In this document: positions 40,296 through 50,128 of the stretch, one piece after another
Layout of the letters: each line of letters begins with the position of its first letter
Position numbering within the stretch: position 1 is the first letter of the stretch
IMG/VR virus record: IMGVR_UViG_3300040758_000214
Coordinates: 1 to 64,000 of that record
Direction: 5' to 3' (one strand)
DNA: 64,000 nt
Origin: a virus
Program-made: the position numbers and the translations under genes
Notes under the pieces: model-generated
Databases searched by the model: none
Told to the model about the DNA's origin: nothing
The model's input: only the letters and a program-made list of their open reading frames with translations

Positions 40296-41012
40296 TCATT
40301 TTATATTCCTCTCTATACATATTTGAGTTATAAATTCATCTTTATCTAAATTATAAGCAACCAAACATCCACACCCAACTTGAGATTTATAATTATTCAA
40401 GGCAGTAAAACATCCATTATCCAATCTTATATAATATTTTTCATGATTGATAATCTGATTAATAGGAGTTATTGTATGACCAACGATTAAAATTTTACCA
40501 CATAATTTAGATTCATCAATATTATTATTAGACATCCATAGATGATTACATTTCAAAAATCCTAGATTTGAATCTTCTATTATTCTTTTAATAGGATCAG
40601 TATATATAAAAGCTAATCCTCCATGAACTAAAATAATATCTTCTGCGATTAAATATAAAGGAAGATTTTTAATCCAAGAAATATAAAAATCAGGAATTTC
40701 TCCGCTAAAACTTTGTATTGTATTATATCCACCATTATCAATCCACCAACCTAATTCTTGAGTGTCCTTAGATTGATCATAATCACATACCTCTAATAGC
40801 ATTGATTCGTGATTACCCATAATAGATAGCCAATCATATCCTTCTAATTGTTTATTAATAATAAAGTCAAGGACGGCTTTACTATTAGGACCTCTATCAA
40901 TTAAGTCTCCAACAAATCTTACTGTATCTTCTTTAGACGGATTTATCTTTTCAATTAAGGCTTTAAGAGTTTCGATACATCCATGAACATCACCAATAAA
41001 AATACGATTCAT
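40296..41012 (-). CDS. Ser/Thr protein phosphatase (PPP/NinI-like)
   Basis: GDVHG, GDLIDRGPNS, GNHE, VHGG, VGHT, LDNGC. Confidence 0.9.
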   Translation of the reverse strand: MNRIFIGDVHGCIETLKALIEKINPSKEDTVRFVGDLIDRGPNSKAVLDFIINKQLEGYDWLSIMGNHESMLLEVCDYDQSKDTQELGWWIDNGGYNTIQSFSGEIPDFYISWIKNLPLYLIAEDIILVHGGLAFIYTDPIKRIIEDSNLGFLKCNHLWMSNNNIDESKLCGKILIVGHTITPINQIINHEKYYIRLDNGCFTALNNYKSQVGCGCLVAYNLDKDEFITQICIERNIK

Positions 41013-41165
41013 ATTTATCCTTTATAAAATTTAATAAGATGAACTAAAAATGTAACACCATAAAAAATTGAGGCAAATAAAATAGTATCTTTATAACGTC
41101 TTAGAACATTTAATTCCCACCATAAAAGAAAAAATATAGTTCCCCAAATAACAGAAATTGGTATA

Positions 41166-42530
41166 TCAATTGACATTGGATTTCTCCTCATAAAACTCTT
41201 TAATGATTTTTGTTAAATCTTCTTTATTATTCAATTCTGGATTTTCTAAAACTTGGTCCATCAAATAGTTTAAAATTTCACCTATTATTTTACTGGGTTT
41301 AATATTTAGAATTTCTTGAATATCATTGCCGTCTAATTCTAAATCATTAAAACATCCAACTTGATTAGGTCTATTAACTTCAATTTTGAACATTCTATTT
41401 AATTTCTTAGTTTTATAAAATCTTTTTTTCTTATCAAGATTATATCTTCCAGATGTATCACAAAAATTTACTCTTAATAAATCTTTATAATGTAATGACC
41501 TTTCATTTAATATTCTTAGAATTCTTCTTATACATTTTTGAGTTAATTCATCTGGAGGCATAACTCTCATATGTAAATCTGTTAATCCGGTAATAAAATT
41601 AATCTCTTTAGAACTAAATGTTAATTTTAATAATTCTTCTTTTAATTGTTTAGCCCCTATATGAGCATGATCTAAAAAGAAATAATCATTAGTTCTTGGA
41701 TTTATTTTACATACTAAAGGTTTTCCTACATCATGTAAATAAGCAGATAATTTAACTAATTTATTTTTTATTGGAGCACTATCTCCACTTAACATTAAAT
41801 GTGTAAAAATATCTTCTACATGATGTGGGCCATGAGGATGATTATAACATGAAGTCATTGATGGAAATATATGTTCCAATCCCCCTATTGAATGTAATGA
41901 TTCAAAAAATATTGATGCTTTTTTTATTTCCATTGCCTTAAGAATTTCAAGTCTAATTCTTTCAGGATTAACATGAGATTCAATAGTACTTGAATATTCC
42001 TTTAAAGCTTTAAATGTTTCAGATTCAAATTCTCCATCAATTTTTGCTTTAAATCTACATGCTCTAATAATCCTATTTGGGTCTTCAAATATTCTTTTAT
42101 GAGGATCTCCAATAAATCTTATAATCTTTTTTTCTAAATCTTCTCTACCATTATGATAGTCAATTATTTTATCTTTAATTGGATCATATGCGATAGAATT
42201 TATGGTTAGATCTCTCCTTGCCAAATCTTCTTGTAAGGATGGAGTAAAATTAATTTGAACTGATTTATCATCTAATCCATTATATTCATCTGTTCGATAT
42301 GTAGCAACTTCAATATCATTAATTAATAAAACTCCAAAACTTTTTCCCACTTCTTTTATACTACATTTATAATTTTTGAAAATTGAAGATATTTCATCTG
42401 GAGTTGCATTTGTAACTATATCATAGTCCTTAGATTTTAAACCTAAAATCATATCCCTAACACAGCCTCCTACGAAATAAACTTCAAATTTATTAGTATG
42501 TAAAATTTTAATTATTTCAATTGCTGTCAT
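41166..42530 (-). CDS. cca: CCA-adding enzyme / tRNA nucleotidyltransferase with HD domain
   Basis: VGGCVRD..LG...KDYD, EVATYR, DLARRDLTIN, F.EDP.RI.R, ERI..E, HDVGK. Confidence 0.9.
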   Translation of the reverse strand: MTAIEIIKILHTNKFEVYFVGGCVRDMILGLKSKDYDIVTNATPDEISSIFKNYKCSIKEVGKSFGVLLINDIEVATYRTDEYNGLDDKSVQINFTPSLQEDLARRDLTINSIAYDPIKDKIIDYHNGREDLEKKIIRFIGDPHKRIFEDPNRIIRACRFKAKIDGEFESETFKALKEYSSTIESHVNPERIRLEILKAMEIKKASIFFESLHSIGGLEHIFPSMTSCYNHPHGPHHVEDIFTHLMLSGDSAPIKNKLVKLSAYLHDVGKPLVCKINPRTNDYFFLDHAHIGAKQLKEELLKLTFSSKEINFITGLTDLHMRVMPPDELTQKCIRRILRILNERSLHYKDLLRVNFCDTSGRYNLDKKKRFYKTKKLNRMFKIEVNRPNQVGCFNDLELDGNDIQEILNIKPSKIIGEILNYLMDQVLENPELNNKEDLTKIIKEFYEEKSNVN

Positions 42531-42673
42531 TTTATTATCCTATTAAATATTATATGCTATCAAAAATCCACCAATAAAACATCCTAAATTATTTCCAAAA
42601 ATTGCATTCTCTCCATTTTTAAAATCATCTATTATTAGAAGAATTCCTATTAATATACAAATTGTTCTGATGA

Positions 42674-43021
42674 TCATATATACTCCTTTAATAATATTAA
42701 TGTTAAAAATAAAGTTGACATATGTAACATTTGGTCAAATCCTATAACTACAAAGAACCAATGTCTTTCTTCTTTTTGCCAAAGATAAGATGTAATTCGA
42801 CTTGTAATAGCATCAATTATAAAATGACATATTCCATTAATTAATGCATAAAGAGGATTGATAAAAATAAATAATACAGTATAAACGACAGAATGAATAC
42901 CAAGCCATTTCCAACTTTTACTTTTATTCAACGCCATCTTATCATTTTGAAATAGAAAATCTGAAATAAAATGAAGAATAACAATTGTTAAAATTATATT
43001 CAAATTTATAGATTGTGTCAT
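42674..43021 (-). CDS. DUF3307-like membrane protein
   Basis: HFISDFLFQ...MA..K, H, HFIID, DQMLH. Confidence 0.8.
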   Translation of the reverse strand: MTQSINLNIILTIVILHFISDFLFQNDKMALNKSKSWKWLGIHSVVYTVLFIFINPLYALINGICHFIIDAITSRITSYLWQKEERHWFFVVIGFDQMLHMSTLFLTLILLKEYI

Positions 43022-43073
43022 ATTAAAGTCTCCTGGTTTATTTTGTTCTAATTTTAATAAAAAATTGCTATAA

Positions 43074-43114
43074 AAATTGGGGCATTAATATATAAAATAC
43101 CAATGCCCCAATTT
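43074..43114 (-). terminator. Intrinsic terminator
   Basis: AAATTGGGGCATT...AATGCCCCAATTT with a T-run on the minus strand. Confidence 0.7.
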
Positions 43115-43122
43115 CTATTAAA

Positions 43123-43551
43123 TTATTTATTTTCTTTTTGAATTGGTGGATCCATTTCAGAAATCCATTGATCAAGTTTTAATCGAATAATTTTAGCTGC
43201 ATCATTCGGAATTTTTTGGATATCTTGATTATTGCTTATTTTGGGGATTAAATAAATTGCAGCCGCTTCATTTTCATTTGGTATTATAATACAAAGAAAG
43301 ATTGTTACTATTGCAAAAGGTATAAACCTTTTAGTTAATTTTGCCCATAAATTAAGCCAACCTTGCCATTCTTTTCTATTATATAAATTAGTACTTTCAG
43401 ACATATTAGGATCATCCTGAAATTTTACATATGCTATTAACCATGCGATTGAAAAGACAATAACAGTAATAATTCCAATTACCATAAAGAAAATTGATAT
43501 ATTATTTATTGTATCTAATCTTGTAAACAAATAAATTTGCATTGTAGTCAT
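43123..43551 (-). CDS. Membrane protein (2 TM)
   Basis: IYLFTRLD, two hydrophobic helices, AAIY.IP.I. Confidence 0.6.
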   Translation of the reverse strand: MTTMQIYLFTRLDTINNISIFFMVIGIITVIVFSIAWLIAYVKFQDDPNMSESTNLYNRKEWQGWLNLWAKLTKRFIPFAIVTIFLCIIIPNENEAAAIYLIPKISNNQDIQKIPNDAAKIIRLKLDQWISEMDPPIQKENK

Positions 43552-44033
43552 AACTTTTTCTCCTTAGTTAAATTGATTTTAAAATTTTTGAATTGGTCCA
43601 AATCTATATTCCAACCACGGTTGAATTGCAAGTAATGGTTTATCTCCATAGCGATATCTTAATTCTAAGGTATCACATAATACTGGTTCCTCCCCAAAAT
43701 GTACAACATTTCCTTTACGAATTAAAGAAGCCCACCAGTTATTTCCTGTATCCAATGTCCAGAAATCTTCAGTCTTTTTAAAAGGTATTTCTTTGGTATA
43801 TCGAGACCCTTGAATGATTTCTGTGATTGCTTTCATTAGATCTCCTTCAACCCAATCATTCTGTAATTGAATTCTGACTGTATCACTCATATGATTATTT
43901 CTCCTTTTTTATTATTATACTATACATCATATTTTTATTATATTTAAAATTTTTAGTATATGGTTGGTAATGACTCCCATTAAATACATAAAGTATATCC
44001 TTTAAAATTTTAGGTTTTTTCTTTATCATTTCT

Positions 44034-44435
44034 TTACTCCTCAATTATTATATTTGGTACACCACCAGGAAATACACTCCAAAATTGTCTCGGAACTTCA
44101 AATTTAACTTTACCAATTGCAATTCCTAAACAAACTAGTTCATCACAACTTCTGTGATAATCTGTCCAAGGCATTGTATTTTTATCATAAGCCATATTTA
44201 AAAATGACCATCCAGTTTTACTAAAAAACATTGGATGTAATTCTTTTAAGAAAGTTATGATTTGATCTCTGAATTTTTCAATTCTTTCACTACAAAATTT
44301 TGTCTTAATTACTACACCTTCAACTTCAATGAAATTTTTTGTTATTGGTTGTAATGCCAAATCCAATTCTACATTTTTAAATAAACAACTCATAAAAATT
44401 GTATGAACTGCTATTTCTGTAAGGATAGTTTTCAT
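44034..44435 (-). CDS. Hypothetical phage protein
   Basis: GWSFLNM..D....WT..H...LG.AIG...W..FPGG.P pattern. Confidence 0.6.
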   Translation of the reverse strand: MKTILTEIAVHTIFMSCLFKNVELDLALQPITKNFIEVEGVVIKTKFCSERIEKFRDQIITFLKELHPMFFSKTGWSFLNMAYDKNTMPWTDYHRSCDELVCLGIAIGKVKFEVPRQFWSVFPGGVPNIIIEE

Positions 44436-44828
44436 GATATTCTCCTTAAATTATGTTAGTACTAAATATAGAAAAACAATGATAACTAACCATATTAATA
44501 ATTCATGATCTCTGTAATATTGAAGACAAAGATTACTAAATTCTCTCATTTCCATTCACCAGAACTTATTAAACGTTCTTGATCTACTTGATAATGGTAA
44601 TTTGCAAGGAAACTAAATTTTGGAGTTTCATCATCAATCCATTCAACTGTAGCAAAAGGTTCATTGAATAATGTAATTCTCCCATCATCGTGAAATATAC
44701 ATCTATCAGAGTTTAGTATATGAAGTTTGTCATATAAAAAATGCATCATTCTTCCAATATTTTTTCCTTTATATTGACTATAAAATCCCATGATATATTC
44801 CTTTCTTTTATTTAATAAATTCCCTTAG

Positions 44829-45149
44829 TTATTTATCATTGATTAACCATTGTTCAATCATTTCGATTCTTTTTAATGCGAATTCTGGGTAGTTTTGTGG
44901 AAATTTTTGAACTGTCAAAAAAGCTCTTGTAACTCCAAAATATTTATTTCTCCAATTAATACAAGGAGTTCTGTTATAATTTCTTATAAATCCTTCCTTT
45001 GTCCATTGACATTCTTCACAATTTCTAACATTATTTTTTATTCCTACGACTTCACATAAAGGACAGTCATTATTATGATCATTAGGTTCTCTGCCTTCTT
45101 TATAATAATGTAATAACTCTTCAAGAGCTTCCTTCATTTTATTTGTCAT
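44829..45149 (-). CDS. Cys-rich hypothetical protein (first gene after the putative early promoter)
   Basis: CPLC...CEEC.W...C. Confidence 0.5.
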   Translation of the reverse strand: MTNKMKEALEELLHYYKEGREPNDHNNDCPLCEVVGIKNNVRNCEECQWTKEGFIRNYNRTPCINWRNKYFGVTRAFLTVQKFPQNYPEFALKRIEMIEQWLINDK

Positions 45150-45185
45150 TTTTAATGTCCTTTCTTTTAAAATAAATTCCTCACC

Positions 45186-45205
45186 TTGGTTATTAATATA
45201 TATAG
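45186..45205 (-). promoter_or_regulatory. CTATATATATTAATWACYAA motif, copy 3
   Basis: CTATATATATTAATAACCAA at the head of an ~18-kb minus-strand block. Confidence 0.75.
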
Positions 45206-45234
45206 CATTTCTTTTCTAACTTAATTAATTTTTT

Positions 45235-45323
45235 AGAACAAATTAAAAAGGGTTATACTTTCTAATTTTTAGAGAATTTTAAAAAGTATCTGAATTAAAA
45301 GGGATTATGGAACATATTAATAG
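45235..45323 (+). promoter_or_regulatory. Two GAACA-type motifs (putative late promoters) for the tail tube/baseplate operon
   Basis: AGAACAAATTAAAA (45235) and GGAACATATTAATAG (45309). Confidence 0.45.
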
Positions 45324-45387
45324 TATATGGATCGTGGAAATTTAAAGTTTAAGATGGTAAATCCATCTTAGAGGAGGCTTACATATT

Positions 45388-46104
45388 ATGAAGTATTCAT
45401 TTGCTGCATTAGGAGAAAATATATTAACTCGTAAATTCGGAGGATCAGCTTCTACGGGTGCTGCGGAGCCATATATTTCTGGCTATTTTTTCGTCTGGTT
45501 TGACAGACTACCTAATAACCTTATTAACTATACTCAATTAGGAAATAGTGGTCTTTCCTCTCTTAGTGATTGCCAAAATATTTTAAGTGCAAGTTGTACA
45601 GGTTGTACGCCCCCAGGCGGCACTTTAAACAAGGTTGAATATACCGGACTAGGTGGTGTTAAGTGGGCAGTTCCTGGTCATATTGATTATCAAAATTCGG
45701 TATCCTTAAAATTCATTGAATTTTATAGAACTCCAATTCTTGATATTATGCATGGGTGGGTAAAAATGATTAGAGATTATAGAACTGGTACTACAGATCT
45801 TCAAGCTGATGATTCTGGTCAGGGATATACGAAAAATGATTACTCTGGGACGATATACTATTGGACTACAACTCCTGACGCAAAAAATGTTGAGTATTTT
45901 GCATGTTATGATGGATGTTTCCCTGCAAAAGATCCACAAGATTTATATCATGGTGATGTTGAAACTGTAGGAAGATTAGATGTTGAAATTGAATTTAACG
46001 TAGATTATATTTGGCATGAACCTTGGGTTAGAGAAAAATGTCAGAGTTTAGTTTCTGTATTCCAAGCAGCAAAGCAGACTGTTCAAAATTATCAGGAACC
46101 TTAA
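45388..46104 (+). CDS. Tail tube protein (gp19-like)
   Basis: C.PPG.TL..VE..G.GG....PG.IDY...SLKF.E......W; Y.G.FP; EIEFNVD. Strong GGAGG RBS. Confidence 0.75.
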   Translation: MKYSFAALGENILTRKFGGSASTGAAEPYISGYFFVWFDRLPNNLINYTQLGNSGLSSLSDCQNILSASCTGCTPPGGTLNKVEYTGLGGVKWAVPGHIDYQNSVSLKFIEFYRTPILDIMHGWVKMIRDYRTGTTDLQADDSGQGYTKNDYSGTIYYWTTTPDAKNVEYFACYDGCFPAKDPQDLYHGDVETVGRLDVEIEFNVDYIWHEPWVREKCQSLVSVFQAAKQTVQNYQEP

Positions 46105-46145
46105 TATTTACAATGTCAATATTTGGCATTAGGAGGAATTTATAA

Positions 46146-46838
46146 ATGGAACTAACTGGCATGAAAATAAATGAACAAGATATGGAATGGGCGTGCAAGC
46201 AATATTTACTTGATCAAATTCCTTCTAGTAAATATATTCAATAAAATTCAACAGTAGATCAAAGACAACAATTTAAAGAATGGATTAAAAAAGCATCTTT
46301 AAAAGAAATTTTAGTTATTATAGAACAAGATAGTAAAAATAATATGTATTTAAATAAGGGATGGAAATATATTTATGGAGTAGGTTTAGCTGCGGCATTA
46401 GGTGGAATGGTTGGGGCCGCATCTTCTTATACTAGGAAAGGAGATGCTCTAGCCGTAGGTTCTATGTTGGCTAGCGCATCTACATTATTATATTATTTTT
46501 ATAAACGAAAAAAAGATCCATGTCATCAAAAATGCAAAGATGCATCGACTACACATAAATTTGGGGAATTAGAAAGATCTTTAAGGTATCAAATATGTAG
46601 AACAGAGTGTTCTATAGTTGCTGCAAAAGATGTATTAAGGCAAGTAACAAGTCAAAAAGGAAAATGCAGTAGTACAGAAAAACCAGAAAAATGTTTAAAA
46701 TCTTTATCTAAATTAGAATTAAAATGGAGACGTAAAATAGAAAACTTAGAAGATATATTACGTGATCTTAAACATAGATTTTCTACAGGAAAAACTAAAA
46801 CATCACCTATTAAATTACAACCTGCTTTTAAAAGTTAA
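46146..46838 (+). pseudogene. EQ/Cys-rich paralog 1 with an in-frame TAA at 46242-46244
   Basis: AGGAGG RBS, then MELTGMKINEQDMEWACKQ...KYIQ*NSTV in frame with the 46344 ORF. Paralogs have Glu at the stop position. Confidence 0.75.
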
Positions 46839-46854
46839 TGGAGATTAAACCCAA

Positions 46855-47610
46855 ATGAGTGCTATATCTGATTCCCTATTATTTCTTATCACATTACGCA
46901 AGACAATGTGTGAATTTATAGACAATTCTAAAATAAGTGATATTGATAAAGCTAAGGGTAAAAATTTTATAATGAATGAAGGTAGTGATTATGAGATTTT
47001 AACTTTAGCAGTAAGAGGACAAAGACCAACAGAAAAATATAATATAGTTGAAGAAAAGAAATTATTTGAAGATATTAAAAATTGTGTATCTAAGAATAGT
47101 GAAACTTTTAATAAACTATTATCTGAAAAAGTTGCAAAGGATTTTGCTAAAGATTTAACTCCATTATCTGAATATGGATTAACTTCTTGTGTTCCTATTA
47201 TGAATTTTATAATAGAACAACAAGTTTGGGGAAATGTTCAAAAAGCTGCAAGGGCTGAAAGATGGAAGGGAGTTGATGCAGGTATTGCAAAATTGAGGGC
47301 TACAAATGATATGTATGCTAAGAATAAAAAATTTAGCAAACAAGTTGGTGGAGCTTTATTAGCTGCTATGATTGCCTATGCGGCTTATAAAATATACAAG
47401 AATAAATTCAGTGCAGCAGCTAAAGCATGTAAAGGAAAGACTGGTCCTGAAAAAACTTTATGTATGAATAACTTTAAGGTTGCTGCAATTAAAGCACAAA
47501 TTGCTCAATTGAAGTCCGGTTCGTCTGGATGTAATTCATCTAAAGATCCTGTAAAATGTAAAGCTGTTATATTGGCTAAAATTAAGAAACTTGAAGGGAA
47601 ACTTAAGTAA
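46855..47610 (+). CDS. EQ/Cys-rich paralog 2 (subfamily B)
   Basis: DSLLFLIT.RKT, FIMNE..DYEI, IIEQ, hydrophobic helix, AAKAC...C...C...PVKC. Confidence 0.75.
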   Translation: MSAISDSLLFLITLRKTMCEFIDNSKISDIDKAKGKNFIMNEGSDYEILTLAVRGQRPTEKYNIVEEKKLFEDIKNCVSKNSETFNKLLSEKVAKDFAKDLTPLSEYGLTSCVPIMNFIIEQQVWGNVQKAARAERWKGVDAGIAKLRATNDMYAKNKKFSKQVGGALLAAMIAYAAYKIYKNKFSAAAKACKGKTGPEKTLCMNNFKVAAIKAQIAQLKSGSSGCNSSKDPVKCKAVILAKIKKLEGKLK

Positions 47611-47640
47611 TTTCAATGTAGGGCGGGGGTTATACTTTAG

Positions 47641-48465
47641 ATGAATAATTCATTACTTTTTACATTAGCCATTAGGAGAACTTTGTGTGAGTTCCTCAGC
47701 TATAGTCAGTTAGACTTAAAGGCTAAGAAATATTCTAAACATTTTGTTATGTATGAAGCAACTGATTATGAAATTATGTCGTTATTAATGACCGGAGATT
47801 ATCCTGTTAAGAAGTATAACCCTCTCAAAGAAGAAAAGTTATATAATCAATGTAAAAATATTATCTTAGAAAACATATCTGAAATCTCACCTTATATAGA
47901 AAAATCAATTTTAAAAAATATTATCACTGAATTAGCTCCTATTAAAGGTTCGTCTAATGTTTTATTAAAAGAATATATTAATGAGCAAATACAAGTCAAA
48001 CATCAAATAGATCCCCAAGGAAGACCAAATTGGAAAGCAATTGCTGGTGCTGCGTTTACTGCGGGAATGGCTGCAAATGTGGGAAATCCTTTAGGTAAAG
48101 ATTTATATGAATATGGTAAGAAAAATGCTAGGCAGGGATTAGCATCTCTTATGTCATATTTAAAATCTACAAATGGCAAAATGGTTGGATCTGTAATGGC
48201 TGCATCTTTGATTGTATATGCTTCTATAATTATATATCATAAATATTTTTCAAATGCAGCAGTTACATGTAAAAATTTAAAAGGAAATGAGAAAGATCAT
48301 TGTGTTAAAAAAATAAAAATGAATGCTTTAAAAAATCAAATTAATACATTAAAACAAGGAAGTTCTGCATGTTATAGTAAAGAGAATCAAGACAAATGCC
48401 AAAGAGTTATTAAAATGAAAATTCTAAAACTCCAACTTAGATTACAAAAATTGGAGCGGAGTTAA
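47641..48465 (+). CDS. EQ/Cys-rich paralog 3 (subfamily B)
   Basis: SLLF...RRT, EATDYEIMS, INEQ, hydrophobic helices, 4 conserved Cys. Confidence 0.75.
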   Translation: MNNSLLFTLAIRRTLCEFLSYSQLDLKAKKYSKHFVMYEATDYEIMSLLMTGDYPVKKYNPLKEEKLYNQCKNIILENISEISPYIEKSILKNIITELAPIKGSSNVLLKEYINEQIQVKHQIDPQGRPNWKAIAGAAFTAGMAANVGNPLGKDLYEYGKKNARQGLASLMSYLKSTNGKMVGSVMAASLIVYASIIIYHKYFSNAAVTCKNLKGNEKDHCVKKIKMNALKNQINTLKQGSSACYSKENQDKCQRVIKMKILKLQLRLQKLERS

Positions 48466-48472
48466 ACATATA

Positions 48473-49390
48473 ATGAAAAATATTAAAGATTCAATGTTAT
48501 TTTTATTAATCACTAGAAAAACCATAAGTGATTTAATTGTTAGTGAATCTAATTTAAATCCTTCAGATAAAGTTTTAGCAAAAAATTTTATTATGAATGA
48601 AGCTACTGATTATGAAATTATGTCTGTATTAATGGAAAGTCAATTACCTAATGAACAATATAATGATATTAAAGAAGATAAATTATTTGAATCTTTAAAA
48701 AAATGTATATTAATAAATGAAAAAGTATTATCTAAATATATACCTAAAGAAACAATTCAATGTGTTTTAGAAATTGATTCAGTTTCTCAATATGGATTTT
48801 CTTCATCTATTCCTATAATGGAATATATGATTGAACAATATCAAGCTGATATGAGTGATGATGATTATCGTCATAGTGGTGGAAGTAATGTTGTAGGAAA
48901 AGCGGGCGAGGCAGGAATGACTGCTTTAATAATGAGGCCAAGAGGTGGATATAAACGAGCATTTACAAGATATAAAAATAGAAAATTACCAAAACAAATT
49001 GCAGCTGCAAAAGCATTACCGGCTAAAACAATGAATTTTTTAAGAACTGGAAGACAAGCTGCAATGAATGGAATTTCATCTGTTGTTAATTTTGCTAAAT
49101 CTGGTCCTGGAAAAGTATTAGGAATAGTTGCAATTGTTGCTTTAGTTGCTTTAGCTGCAAATAAAATTTATAGAGAAAAATTAAGTCAAGCAGCAAAAGC
49201 GTGTTCTAAATATACTGGCCCTGAAAAACAAAATTGTATGAGAGGATTTAAAAGAACAGCTCTTTCTGCTCAAATTGCTCAATTAAAAGCTGGATTAGCT
49301 GCATGTAAAGGAACAAATAATCCAGAAGGTTGCCAAAATAAAATTGCTAAAAAAGTAGCATCATTACAAAGGAAAATATCTAAAATATAA
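48473..49390 (+). CDS. EQ/Cys-rich paralog 4 (subfamily B)
   Basis: DSMLFLLITRKT, FIMNEATDYEIMS, MIEQ, TM VLGIVAIVALVALAA, 4 Cys. Confidence 0.75.
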   Translation: MKNIKDSMLFLLITRKTISDLIVSESNLNPSDKVLAKNFIMNEATDYEIMSVLMESQLPNEQYNDIKEDKLFESLKKCILINEKVLSKYIPKETIQCVLEIDSVSQYGFSSSIPIMEYMIEQYQADMSDDDYRHSGGSNVVGKAGEAGMTALIMRPRGGYKRAFTRYKNRKLPKQIAAAKALPAKTMNFLRTGRQAAMNGISSVVNFAKSGPGKVLGIVAIVALVALAANKIYREKLSQAAKACSKYTGPEKQNCMRGFKRTALSAQIAQLKAGLAACKGTNNPEGCQNKIAKKVASLQRKISKI

Positions 49391-49400
49391 AGAGGATAAT

Positions 49401-50102
49401 ATGGAACCTAAACTTGATAAGAAAGCTCTTGAATGGGCTTGTAAACAATTAATATTAACTTCTGCAAAAAATAGTAAATATTTAAAAGAAAATTCTGAAA
49501 GTAAAGAAAGAATATTATTTGCTAAATGGGTTAAGGGATTAACATATAATCAAACATTAGGAATTTTATTTGAGCAAAATTATAAACCAAATACTCAAAA
49601 AATTAGAGATATTGAAGACGCCTATGCTATATTATCATTATTAGGATTTGCTTCATATCTAGGAACAGGAGCTGCAACATTAAAAAATATATTTCAAGAT
49701 AGAACGGGTAGAGCTGGAATATATTTTGCATCACATATATTAACTACAGCTTCTATGATTTTATATTATAAATATAAACAATATAAAGATCCTTGTTATC
49801 AAAAATGTAAGAATGTTTTACCTGCGCATATTAGAAATAGATATGAAGAACGTCACAGTTTAGAGGATCTACCTGAATATAATGTTTGTACTACTAAATG
49901 CGCATTAGACGCTGCTATTAATATATTAAGACAAATTAAAGGAGAAAAAGGAAAATGTTCTAGAACAGAAAAACCAGAAAAATGTATAGAACGATTAAAT
50001 AAATTAGAAATAAAATGGACTGAAAAAGTTAAAGATTTAAAAGATAGTTTGATAAAATATGAAAAAGAAGCTAGAGAGGAAAGAGAAACTCGTAAATATT
50101 AA
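49401..50102 (+). CDS. EQ/Cys-rich paralog 5 (subfamily A)
   Basis: LDKKALEWACKQ, LFEQ, DPCYQKC...C...C...KC..TEKPEKC...KLEIKW. Confidence 0.75.
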   Translation: MEPKLDKKALEWACKQLILTSAKNSKYLKENSESKERILFAKWVKGLTYNQTLGILFEQNYKPNTQKIRDIEDAYAILSLLGFASYLGTGAATLKNIFQDRTGRAGIYFASHILTTASMILYYKYKQYKDPCYQKCKNVLPAHIRNRYEERHSLEDLPEYNVCTTKCALDAAINILRQIKGEKGKCSRTEKPEKCIERLNKLEIKWTEKVKDLKDSLIKYEKEAREERETRKY

Positions 50103-50128
50103 ATCAACCAACGAAAGGAAATCAAAAA

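Noticed and set aside
46242-46244. Stop-codon reassignment in this phage
   Set aside because: Only one internal stop was found, and it is TAA. TAA, TAG and TGA all terminate intact genes, and long conserved genes are uninterrupted in the standard code.
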